DNA of 64,000 bases from Candidatus Doudnabacteria bacterium (lineage in GTDB: Bacteria; Patescibacteriota; Doudnabacteria; UBA920; O2-02-FULL-48-8). The stretch spans positions 85,680 to 149,679 of the forward strand of contig JACPFQ010000001.1 in assembly GCA_016182875.1 (NCBI GenBank). Reading direction: 5' to 3'. A model generated the notes under the pieces. It was not told the DNA's origin. It saw only the letters and a program-made list of their open reading frames with translations, and ran no database searches. Positions within the stretch are counted from its first letter, which is position 1; each line of letters starts with the position of its first letter. The translations under genes were made by a program, and so were the position numbers. This document shows, piece after piece, positions 26,907 through 34,030 of this stretch.

Positions 26907-26937
26907 ATTCTCACATTCTCAAGAATATTGGAATGTC
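26907..26937. promoter_or_regulatory. 31-bp repeat copy 3
   Basis: Identical core. Confidence 0.45.
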
Positions 26938-27040
26938 AATTCCGTTTTCGACACATTTGTACCAATATCCGAATTGCACCTGCCCAGCCGTCTGGCGGGG
27001 TAATTAAGCAAATCAAGGTTCGATCATGAAGAGTTCTAAT

Positions 27041-27071
27041 ATTCTCACATTCTCAAGAATGTCGGAATGTC
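27041..27071. promoter_or_regulatory. 31-bp repeat copy 4 (variant ..AAGAATGTCGGAATGTC)
   Basis: Truncates the gene-start fragment at 27045-27107. Confidence 0.45.
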
Positions 27072-27107
27072 TAAGAACCCGACAGCAACCAATAAAAAAT
27101 CTCTCAT
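27045..27107 (-). pseudogene. Second truncated duplicate of the 25499-25831 gene start (MRDFLLVAVGFLDIPTFLRM*)
   Basis: Same ATGAGAGATTTTTT start. The reading frame runs into the 31-bp repeat. Confidence 0.45.
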
Positions 27108-27877
27108 AGTGGAATGGATGTAAATGACTGTCGAGAATTTCTTTCAAATTGCCTTAGTTCTTCTTCGCGGATAATCGAATAACGAGAATCATTAAGCCTC
27201 TCCAACGGACAGAAAAATAACCGCGCGGGTTTTTTGGGACTGCCTCCCACTCCGATTACCACAAAAACAGACATCCCCTGTTTTCTACCATATTCTCTAT
27301 AATTTTCTCCCTTCCTTTTGTCCCAGTCTATGCCGCCCTTAAAAAAATATGAGCGATACTTACACTCAACCGCCAATATCTTTCCTGTCCCAATATGCCG
27401 GAAGGTAAAATCAGGATTAGAGTCGGATTCCACTGTCCGTTTAAGAATCTTTGAAAAATCCCTGGTCTTATCAACAACAACCCAGATATCTCTTGGAAAA
27501 AGAGAGGCTACATGGCTTTCGAACTTATAACCTTTTCCGAAGGTGTCATAATAAAGCCAAAGGAAAACCCCGAACACAATCGCGACTACTAAATCTAACA
27601 CCTGCCAAATCTTAGCGTTATGCAGATAAATTGGGACAACCGGATTGAAGAGTATAACTGCTCCAATAAATCCCAGGATCCAGTAAATTTTTCTGCTCCG
27701 GTAAGCAATAAAACTAAGAACAATACCAGCCAAGCTAACAAGCCATCGCAATATGCCAAAGTCGCCTCGATACAAACCCGCCGCTGCGACTAGTAGTGTG
27801 ATGATAACTATCCAGATTAAAATACGCGTTATAACTTCCGGATTCATAAATTTATACCTTTTGCTTAAGTTTACCAC
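27104..27877 (-). CDS. Membrane-anchored NERD (nuclease-related domain) protein
   Basis: 3-4 N-terminal TM helices, then C-terminal 'GKGYKFESHVASLF...DFTFRHIGTGKILAVECKYRS...SVFVVIG', the NERD/PD-(D/E)xK pattern. Confidence 0.6.
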   Translation of the reverse strand: MVNLSKRYKFMNPEVITRILIWIVIITLLVAAAGLYRGDFGILRWLVSLAGIVLSFIAYRSRKIYWILGFIGAVILFNPVVPIYLHNAKIWQVLDLVVAIVFGVFLWLYYDTFGKGYKFESHVASLFPRDIWVVVDKTRDFSKILKRTVESDSNPDFTFRHIGTGKILAVECKYRSYFFKGGIDWDKRKGENYREYGRKQGMSVFVVIGVGGSPKKPARLFFCPLERLNDSRYSIIREEELRQFERNSRQSFTSIPL

Positions 27878-28035
27878 AAAACAAAAACTATCGTCATTTG
27901 ACGTCGTCTAATAATAATTAGTATTCAGGTTATTGACTAATTTACTTCCGAATAATAAAATTAAGGTATGGTGGAGGCGCGAGAGACACCAAAACCACGA
28001 AAGGTCGAAAATAATTAATTTAAAGGACCAATAAA

Positions 28036-28257
28036 ATGGCCAATCAGCATATTGTTTACCGAGGGCACAATGAATGGGCGGTTAGACGCGAAAAAGCTAG
28101 CCGAGATACAATCGTTGTAGACAATCAGCAAGAAGCTTTTGATATTGCAAGAGATATTGCTGAAAATCAAGGTGGCGAAGTGTTTATTCACGGCAGAGAC
28201 GGTAAAATCCGTGAACGGAATACTTACAAGGATGACCCCTATCCGCCAAAGGGTTAA
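28036..28257 (+). CDS. DUF2188-domain protein
   Basis: '...GGEVFIHGRDGKIRERNTYKDDPYPPKG' (DUF2188 C-terminal signature). Confidence 0.65.
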   Translation: MANQHIVYRGHNEWAVRREKASRDTIVVDNQQEAFDIARDIAENQGGEVFIHGRDGKIRERNTYKDDPYPPKG

Positions 28258-28288
28258 TTAATAACCTGAAAATGAAAACAAAAAATTA

Positions 28289-28317
28289 AAAACCGCCAGA
28301 ACTACTGGCGGTTTTTG
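28289..28317. terminator. Bidirectional terminator between the convergent DUF2188 genes
   Basis: AAAACCGCCAG-aacta-CTGGCGGTTTTT. Confidence 0.65.
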
Positions 28318-28323
28318 CTTTAT

Positions 28324-28620
28324 CTAATTTTTAGGTGGATATGGATCAGAAGAATAAAACCTGGTTTCAATAAGGCCATTTCTATTGTGAATAAAGATCT
28401 CTCCCCCATTTTGGCCAGTGTCTTCCCTAGCCTTTGATAAGGCTTCATCACGAGTACTATATCTTTTTTCTTCCCTAGCTCCAATTCTTTTTACTTTCCA
28501 TTCTCCATCTTTTGGAAAAATATGAACATTTCTCTGCCCACGCTTAATAGCCTCAGTATATGATCTTATCTGGGGATTATTCTTATTATTTCTTTTCAAT
28601 GGTATTTCTTTAGGTGCCAT
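28324..28620 (-). CDS. DUF2188-domain protein (paralog)
   Basis: '...NGGEIFIHNRNGLIETRFYSSDPYPPKN'. Confidence 0.65.
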   Translation of the reverse strand: MAPKEIPLKRNNKNNPQIRSYTEAIKRGQRNVHIFPKDGEWKVKRIGAREEKRYSTRDEALSKAREDTGQNGGEIFIHNRNGLIETRFYSSDPYPPKN

Positions 28621-28624
28621 ATGT

Positions 28625-29221
28625 CTATTCTGAAACCAATTTGATTATATCATCTTTAGTATATTGATTTTCTCTTAAATAGGCAAGCAAATCACCTCTA
28701 GTTTCAAATTTTAACTCGGTAAAACTCAAATCTTCCCCTAAATAAGCGTTCTTGATAAGTTTGATCTCTACGTGAGGATAGTTTTCTGCTATCCAAAGCA
28801 AGGTCTTCCTTGCTGAGGAATGTTTTTCATAAAAGTATCTGTCACTAAATTTTCTGTCCCGGTTAAGAAATGCAACGAAGGCTTGTTTGAAATCTTGGGG
28901 CCAAACGGCATGAATTTCTATCTTTTTCTTAGATTTACTAATTCTTCCTATTTTAATTCCTGCGCCTTTTTCGGTTGGAAGTATACCGTCTAGGACGATT
29001 AAATCTTGCTTATCTAAATATTCTGAAAAATATTCGGTTTTTCCAGATGCAGGTCCACCAGACAATAAAACGACCTTTTCAAATTTAGATGTTTTAATTG
29101 TCTCGTAAAGCTTTGCGTCGGCTAACTTAGCAGATTCACTATGAAATTCCTCAGATCGTTCTGGCGAGTATCCTGGTAAATCCTTTTTAATATCATCAGC
29201 AGAAATCAATATCGAAGTCAT
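28625..29221 (-). CDS. P-loop kinase, zeta-toxin/AAA_33-like
   Basis: Walker A 'LSGGPASGKTEYF', about 200 aa, nucleotide-kinase-like. The family assignment is tentative. Confidence 0.45.
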   Translation of the reverse strand: MTSILISADDIKKDLPGYSPERSEEFHSESAKLADAKLYETIKTSKFEKVVLLSGGPASGKTEYFSEYLDKQDLIVLDGILPTEKGAGIKIGRISKSKKKIEIHAVWPQDFKQAFVAFLNRDRKFSDRYFYEKHSSARKTLLWIAENYPHVEIKLIKNAYLGEDLSFTELKFETRGDLLAYLRENQYTKDDIIKLVSE

Positions 29222-29326
29222 TTATATAAATTTATTCATTTTCTTCAATTTCAAATCCTAGTTTGTTTTGCAGTTCTTTCGGTTGTAATAATAAGGTAAA
29301 ATAACCTAAAACTCCTTCAATCCGTA

Positions 29327-29644
29327 TTAATAAAATTCTCTATCAACATAAATTTCTGAAGAATAAATCTTACGTTCTGGGCCGCTCATTACTAATCGTG
29401 GCTTAATTTCTGATTGAGGTATTGTAAAGTCATGTAAATCTTCTCCAGATGCTACAGCTAGCTCTTTTATGCAATCATTAAACTCATTAGCATATTTCCC
29501 TTGTACATGAGATTTAGGCAAATTATTTTTTAACGCTGTCAATTTAGATAACGATCTGGCGAGTTGCTTATCCATAATTGAAGGATTCTTATATTTTAGA
29601 AAAACCAAAATCTTTTCCGACAGGTTTAAGTTCTTGATTATCAA
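29327..29644 (-). CDS. Hypothetical 105-aa protein, translationally coupled to the upstream EVE-nuclease gene
   Basis: ATGA overlap with the 29641-30693 gene. No recognisable domain. Confidence 0.4.
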   Translation of the reverse strand: MIIKNLNLSEKILVFLKYKNPSIMDKQLARSLSKLTALKNNLPKSHVQGKYANEFNDCIKELAVASGEDLHDFTIPQSEIKPRLVMSGPERKIYSSEIYVDREFY

Positions 29645-30693
29645 CAGTGTTCTAAATAATTAATAAAATCAATATATTTTTTATCGGTTGGTTCCCGTGA
29701 TGGGACTAAAATCCTGTATTGGTCCTCAAAAGTTATATTCTTTTCTTTTTTGAATTTATTGATCTCAAAATAATCATATTCATATAGTTGCACTATTCCT
29801 TTTCGTGCTTGGACTTTAAAATTTCTGTTTTCTGTACTTTTTACTTCAAAGAGAAATGAACGCTTACCGTCATGCGCAAACAAATCAACATACTCATTAG
29901 AAAGCGTAGCATATCCCTTCTTTCTAAATATGCTTATCAGTTGTTCAAGGACAGAATGATGAGATGCTTCTGCTCGAGCCAGAATATCATTATCTCGCTC
30001 GACTATAGAATAAGGTTTAATTATTAATCGCTTCTTGATTGATTCTAAAAATCTCAAGGAAGCTGCGTGTCTTAGAGTTTCAGTTGCATTATGAACTTCA
30101 ACTAAATCTGATGCCTTCTGTTCAATCGCGGGACCACGAGTTGAGTGTCCGGTATATAAATGTAATGGCCTATTTTGAAATAAAATTTGTTGAGCAACTT
30201 CGGGCCGTACCGTGGAAAAACTACCCATTTGTGGGAAACCCTTAATTTCTGAAATTGGGATTCGATTTCCAACCAGTTGACTAATCAGTGGAACCGTAGC
30301 AACATCATTGGCTGGTGTGGGTGATTCCCAATTTGCAGGATTAGGTAATTCGCCGAATAAATATATTTCAGTTAACGGAACTAATAATGGCCAACGGTTT
30401 ACATTGTTTTTTATTTCATAATGCCATAAATAGTTATTTTTTATCGAAAAATCAAAACCAACTACTCCAATTCCGATTATGCCGGATTTAGCTACGCCCG
30501 GGAAAGCTGAAGTATCTCCTGATGAACTATGAATAAAAAATATATCGCCTGTTTGCAATTTTTCCCAATCTTTTCTATTTTTGTCTTTAGCTTCAAGTCC
30601 CCAAGTAAAATATTTAATAGCGGTCAACCAGTGCTCAGGCGGACCAGTAAACTTAAAAAACTGTTTTTGATTTAGAGCCGAAGAAAGATCCAT
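29641..30693 (-). CDS. EVE (PUA-like) domain fused to a PD-(D/E)xK nuclease (DUF3883-like); putative modification-dependent restriction endonuclease
   Basis: N-terminus 'KQFFKFTGPPEHWLTAIKYFTWGLE...LQTGDIFFIHSSSG...GIIGIGVV' is EVE-like. C-terminus 'VDLFAHDGKRSFLFEVKSTENRNFKVQARKGIVQLYEY' carries D...E-x-K. Confidence 0.55.
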   Translation of the reverse strand: MDLSSALNQKQFFKFTGPPEHWLTAIKYFTWGLEAKDKNRKDWEKLQTGDIFFIHSSSGDTSAFPGVAKSGIIGIGVVGFDFSIKNNYLWHYEIKNNVNRWPLLVPLTEIYLFGELPNPANWESPTPANDVATVPLISQLVGNRIPISEIKGFPQMGSFSTVRPEVAQQILFQNRPLHLYTGHSTRGPAIEQKASDLVEVHNATETLRHAASLRFLESIKKRLIIKPYSIVERDNDILARAEASHHSVLEQLISIFRKKGYATLSNEYVDLFAHDGKRSFLFEVKSTENRNFKVQARKGIVQLYEYDYFEINKFKKEKNITFEDQYRILVPSREPTDKKYIDFINYLEHC

Positions 30694-31040
30694 TATAATT
30701 TATTGTACTTAGTATGTTTCCCTTTGGCTTTGTCTACTGGGTATTTCTTCTCGTTCTGTTCCATTTTTTTATGAAAAGCTTCAATTATATCAACACCAAT
30801 ATCATTACTGATAAGCAATACCCAATAAAGGACGTCGGACAATTCTTCAGCTACTTCTTCTTTATGATCTTTCACATACGCTTCCATTTCTTCTTTGTTT
30901 TTCCATTGAAAATGCTCAGCCACTTCCGCAGCTTCTAACATCAAGGACAAGGCTAAGTCTTTAGGATTATGAAACTGCTTCCACTCTCTATCATCTCTGT
31001 ATTTAATTATTCTGTCAGTTAAATCTTTTATATCCGACAT
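30693..31040 (-). CDS. MazG-like nucleoside-triphosphate pyrophosphohydrolase (all-alpha dUTPase/dCTPase-like)
   Basis: 'EWKQFHNPKDLALSLMLEAAEVAEHFQWK...ELSDVLYWVLLISNDIGVDI'. Its stop overlaps the start of the EVE gene. Confidence 0.7.
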   Translation of the reverse strand: MSDIKDLTDRIIKYRDDREWKQFHNPKDLALSLMLEAAEVAEHFQWKNKEEMEAYVKDHKEEVAEELSDVLYWVLLISNDIGVDIIEAFHKKMEQNEKKYPVDKAKGKHTKYNKL

Positions 31041-31221
31041 AAAAAATTATCCAAATTACTTGGCTTAATAATGCCACGAATTGCTTGGAAAATCAATCAA
31101 CATCTCAGACGGGTGTGGGGTGTTAGATTAAGGTTATAGGTTTTAGGTGATAGGTTATAGAAATCAAAAACGGGCCTTGAAGCCGCTTTAAATATATTAG
31201 CTTTCGCTTGGGTCAAATTTG

Positions 31222-31250
31222 TTGACGAGTTTATACTTAAAACCTAAAAT
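31222..31250 (+). promoter_or_regulatory. Near-consensus sigma70 promoter (TTGACG, 17-nt spacer, TAAAAT)
   Basis: -35 at 31222-31227, 17-nt spacer, -10 at 31245-31250. Confidence 0.45.
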
Positions 31251-31256
31251 CTTTGT

Positions 31257-31394
31257 ACCGTCAGATTTTGGGGAAAGCAGGACGAAAACCCTGCCAGAGA
31301 CACCTGGTCAAAACCTCCACTTGGGTTCGGAGGGGCTTCGAGGGCACCAGGCACCTGTTGAGGTGAGGACTCCTCCAATTCTGACGGCTTTTTC
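31257..31394 (+). ncRNA. Candidate small structured RNA (~135 nt) closed by a long-range stem ACCGUCAGA...UCUGACGGC plus UUUUUC
   Basis: Transcript predicted from the promoter above. Ends pair over 9-10 bp, and the internal hairpins GCAGG..CCUGC, ACCUGG..CCAGGU and CCUCC..GGAGG are followed by a T-run. Class not identified. Confidence 0.35.
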
Positions 31395-31442
31395 TTATGA
31401 AAAAAATCAGCTGGCAAGATTTGCTCCTGCCAGCCTTAACTC

Positions 31443-31692
31443 TCAGACCCGCCGGAAGTCTCGGCCTTCGGACGGTTGGTACAACCCAAGCTTGCGGTTG
31501 CTGCGGTTGGGGAAGACCGGGATGGTGCCTGCGATGAACCTGCCGAGGTCTGTAACCTCGCGGTCATAGCGTTTGGCCCGCACCCAATCTTCTCTCTTGA
31601 CGGCCCGGCCACGAAGTTTCTCGTAGCGCTTCTTGAGGAACTCGGCTGCCGCCAGTTCATTCATGTACTTGATTTGCTCCAACCCGTGCATA
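31443..31692 (-). CDS. Hypothetical 82-aa ORF downstream of the DUF62 gene
   Basis: Starts at MHGLEQ and overlaps the 3' end of the DUF62 gene by about 35 nt. Sits in the GC-rich island. Weak support. Confidence 0.3.
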
Positions 31693-32481
31693 CTCACCTC
31701 CTGCTTCATGAACGGCCAGTAAATCACCGACCTTAAGTCCCAATCTTGCCGCTGCCGACCCGCCCTTGACCACGATTTCGAGGAACCGCGTATTAGCAAG
31801 CCCCGAACTGCCGATGACCACGGCCAACTCGCCTTCCGGCACGTCACAGAGCCGCGGGTAAACCGGCAGATGTCCCAGATATTGCCGGTACCGCCGGTCA
31901 GACAAGCCAACCACATCCTCGGTCGTCAGCGTGGTCTTGAGATTACCAAAGCAATCAACATACCAGACGACCTCCTCTGTCCACGGCTCAATTTCTTGCG
32001 GCGGACCCCCGTGAAAACCGACTGACTCGAACTCCGCAACAAGCAAAGGCAGAAAATCAAAGCTGCGGAATTGCGAACTTTCGATCTGCAGCCGCTCGTG
32101 GTCGTCGATAACCTGGGCGTAAACCAGCTGCTGCAGCGTGCGCGCGACATCAATCGGGTAGCAGGAACGAATGCCGACCTTGGGCAGCAGTCCCAGGGTG
32201 TTGACCGTCGTTACAACGAACGGGCCATCTTTGCATTCCACCTGTACGAACGGCGGGCCATTGGTACCTGACGTCTGCTCGTTCCGAGGTGCGACATTGC
32301 ACAGAATCCAGCCCGGTGCGTTCCCAGCCGCATCCAGCGCGTCGATCAGGCAGCCGGCGGCTTCGTACTCGTTGACCACAGGCATGGTGGTCACCGGACA
32401 ATTAAGCCAAGCAGCTGCTCTAGTAGACAGCCTCCCCAAAGCATTGGCATCGGAGCAGTCGTTGATTATGGTCACAAACAT
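31657..32481 (-). CDS. DUF62 family protein (SAM hydroxide adenosyltransferase / SAM-dependent halogenase (fluorinase/chlorinase) family)
   Basis: N-terminus 'MFVTIINDCSDANALGRL...', 'NVAPRNEQTSG', C-terminal 'LEIVVKGGSAAARLGLKVGDLLAV'. Perfect SD AAGGAGG. Coding GC is about 62%. Confidence 0.6.
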   Translation of the reverse strand: MFVTIINDCSDANALGRLSTRAAAWLNCPVTTMPVVNEYEAAGCLIDALDAAGNAPGWILCNVAPRNEQTSGTNGPPFVQVECKDGPFVVTTVNTLGLLPKVGIRSCYPIDVARTLQQLVYAQVIDDHERLQIESSQFRSFDFLPLLVAEFESVGFHGGPPQEIEPWTEEVVWYVDCFGNLKTTLTTEDVVGLSDRRYRQYLGHLPVYPRLCDVPEGELAVVIGSSGLANTRFLEIVVKGGSAAARLGLKVGDLLAVHEAGGEYARVGANQVHE

Positions 32482-32544
32482 CTTTGGCCTCCTTAGTGAT
32501 TCCGACGCTGCGGTCGGAATGATTTTACTTCGTAAAATCAAAAA

Positions 32545-32700
32545 GCCTCTTTCTTCATGAAAGAGGCTTGCCTAAGTACTTTTGGTGTCAAACCCGTCTA
32601 ACGGGTTAAATGCCCAAACAGGCCTCTTCCATGGAAAGAAGCCATCATCATAGCGCCCGAGCAGGTTCGATATAGGAATTTCATTAAGATTATCTTAAGC
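32545..32700 (-). promoter_or_regulatory. Riboswitch-like 5' leader of the DUF62 gene, with mutually exclusive terminator and antiterminator hairpins
   Basis: Minus-strand RNA has hairpin GGCUUCUUUCC-AUG-GAAGAGGCC, hairpin ACCCGU-UAG-ACGGGU, then terminator AAGCCUCUUUC-AUGAA-GAAAGAGGCUU plus UUUUGAUUUU 40 nt before the SD. The 3' half of the first hairpin can pair with the 5' half of the terminator. A GAUGAUGG k-turn-like element is present. Ligand class unassigned. Confidence 0.4.
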
Positions 32701-32724
32701 TTGAGTAAATAAAAAGTCAAATAA

Positions 32725-32758
32725 AAACCGGAGCGGACCGCGGGGTCTGCTCCGTTGG
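32725..32758 (-). terminator. Rho-independent terminator of gene 32801-33127
   Basis: On the minus strand: GGAGCAGACCC-cgc-GGTCCGCTCC followed by GGTTTTTATTT. Confidence 0.6.
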
Positions 32759-32800
32759 AATGCACAAACGGCCTGGGCGGCCGGCGATGGAATCAGGGAA

Positions 32801-33127
32801 TCACTGGTCGCCTGGAATACCAGTCCCCCTCGTGCTGGCAAAGAACACCGGAACCGCAACGCTTGCTGCCAGCATAACGACGCAGGTAGCAAACAGCCAG
32901 AACACTTCCTTGTAGAAGCTTGCGGCTCCAATGAGCGCGTATGTGGTCCGCGTCGCCCAGTGAGGCTTGCCCACAAGGAAGACGCAGAGGTAGAACACGA
33001 CATCGCGCAGCCCGTTGACCGGGCCGGTGTTGATCCTGGGTCTCGGAGTCGGCGGCAGAGACGCGTAGTCCTCGCCGCTATAGTGCCCGGTCTCACCGCG
33101 CATAAGAGCCTCCTTCCCATTGGACAT
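32801..33127 (-). CDS. Hypothetical small membrane protein (108 aa), in the GC-rich island
   Basis: Two TM helices, GC about 62%. A longer alternative ORF 32695-33165 overlaps. No homology recognised. Confidence 0.4.
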   Translation of the reverse strand: MSNGKEALMRGETGHYSGEDYASLPPTPRPRINTGPVNGLRDVVFYLCVFLVGKPHWATRTTYALIGAASFYKEVFWLFATCVVMLAASVAVPVFFASTRGTGIPGDQ

Positions 33128-33143
33128 GTGGCATATAGTTTAG

Positions 33144-33176
33144 CAAAAACCGCCACTTTGTTCAATGGCGGTTTTT
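33144..33176. terminator. Hairpin AAAAACCGCCA-ttgaacaaagt-TGGCGGTTTTTT at the island boundary
   Basis: 7-bp stem with A and T runs on both sides. Confidence 0.55.
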
Positions 33177-33545
33177 TCGTTTGAGCTCGGCTTCGTGGAC
33201 TTCTTCTTCATCCATGCCGAAGTGGTGGGCGATTTCGTGCCAGACCGTGTTTTTGATAATTTCCTTCATGTCTTCCAGATCCCTGGCAACTCGTTCGATG
33301 GGCTCTTGAAAAATCGTAATTTTGTCCGGCAAAACGCCGCCGTAATACGGGCCGCGCTTGTTCTGCGGCACGCCTTCGTAAAGCCCAAACAAGGTCCAGC
33401 CGTGCCGCAGGCGCAGTTTATGCGCCTGCTCCGGGGTCGGATGGTCTTCGACAACAATGGCGACATTATTCAAAAGTTCCAAAAATTTCGCCGGAATGGC
33501 TTCGATGCCCTGACTTACCAACTGCTCAAACTCTTCCTTAATCAT
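33162..33545 (-). CDS. Zincin_1/DUF1025 (COG3824) minimal metallopeptidase-like protein
   Basis: 'HEIAHHFGMDEEEV'. Confidence 0.65.
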   Translation of the reverse strand: MIKEEFEQLVSQGIEAIPAKFLELLNNVAIVVEDHPTPEQAHKLRLRHGWTLFGLYEGVPQNKRGPYYGGVLPDKITIFQEPIERVARDLEDMKEIIKNTVWHEIAHHFGMDEEEVHEAELKRKNRH

Positions 33546-34006
33546 TCTATGGATGCAACCAGATATTCGGTTTTGCCGGCCGGGGATTCGACCACAACCT
33601 TGCTGCCAAGCTTGGCGCCCAACAAGGCCCTGCCGACCAGCGATTCGTTGGAAATCTTGCCGGCCGCCGGGTTGGCTTCGCTGGCACCCACAATGGTGTA
33701 TTTGACTTCTTTGCCATTGGTCCCAAGCGTCACGGTACAGCCAATGCTGACGACATTGCGATCGCCGTTGCTTTTAATCAATTCGGCATTCTTGACCATA
33801 TCTTCCAGCTCGAGAATCCGGCCCTCGATGAACGCCTGCTCTTCTTTGGCCTGAGCGTAGTCGGCGTTCTCCGAAAGGTCGCCGTGCGAAATGGCTTCCT
33901 GAATTCGCTCAATGATTTCTTTTCTTCGGTCTTCCTTGAGGACCTTGAGCTCGTCCTGGAGCTTCTTTAGTCCTTCCTGCGTGAGTAGAACTTTTCTGGT
34001 TGGCAT
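33542..34006 (-). CDS. greA: Transcription elongation factor GreA
   Basis: N-terminal coiled coil 'LTQEGLKKLQDELKVLK...', 'GDLSENADYAQAKEEQAFIEGRILELE', and a C-terminal FKBP-like domain. Confidence 0.9.
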   Translation of the reverse strand: MPTRKVLLTQEGLKKLQDELKVLKEDRRKEIIERIQEAISHGDLSENADYAQAKEEQAFIEGRILELEDMVKNAELIKSNGDRNVVSIGCTVTLGTNGKEVKYTIVGASEANPAAGKISNESLVGRALLGAKLGSKVVVESPAGKTEYLVASIE

Positions 34007-34030
34007 ATGGTCTATCTACAAATTAGAACT

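Noticed and set aside
25100-27071. Possible CRISPR array: a 31-bp repeat occurring four times
   Set aside because: The spacings are irregular (about 340, 1467 and 134 bp), the copies sit in promoter positions of arsR and DUF1905 genes, and no cas genes are present. It is an operator or intergenic repeat family, not CRISPR.
31219-31569. 116-aa plus-strand ORF
   Set aside because: It overlaps the promoter, hairpins and terminator of the candidate sRNA and has no SD. The RNA interpretation fits the sequence features better.
32482-32700. Calling the DUF62 leader a SAM-I or fluoride riboswitch
   Set aside because: No convincing match to the SAM-I or crcB consensus could be made by eye. Only the terminator/antiterminator architecture is asserted, and the class is left open.
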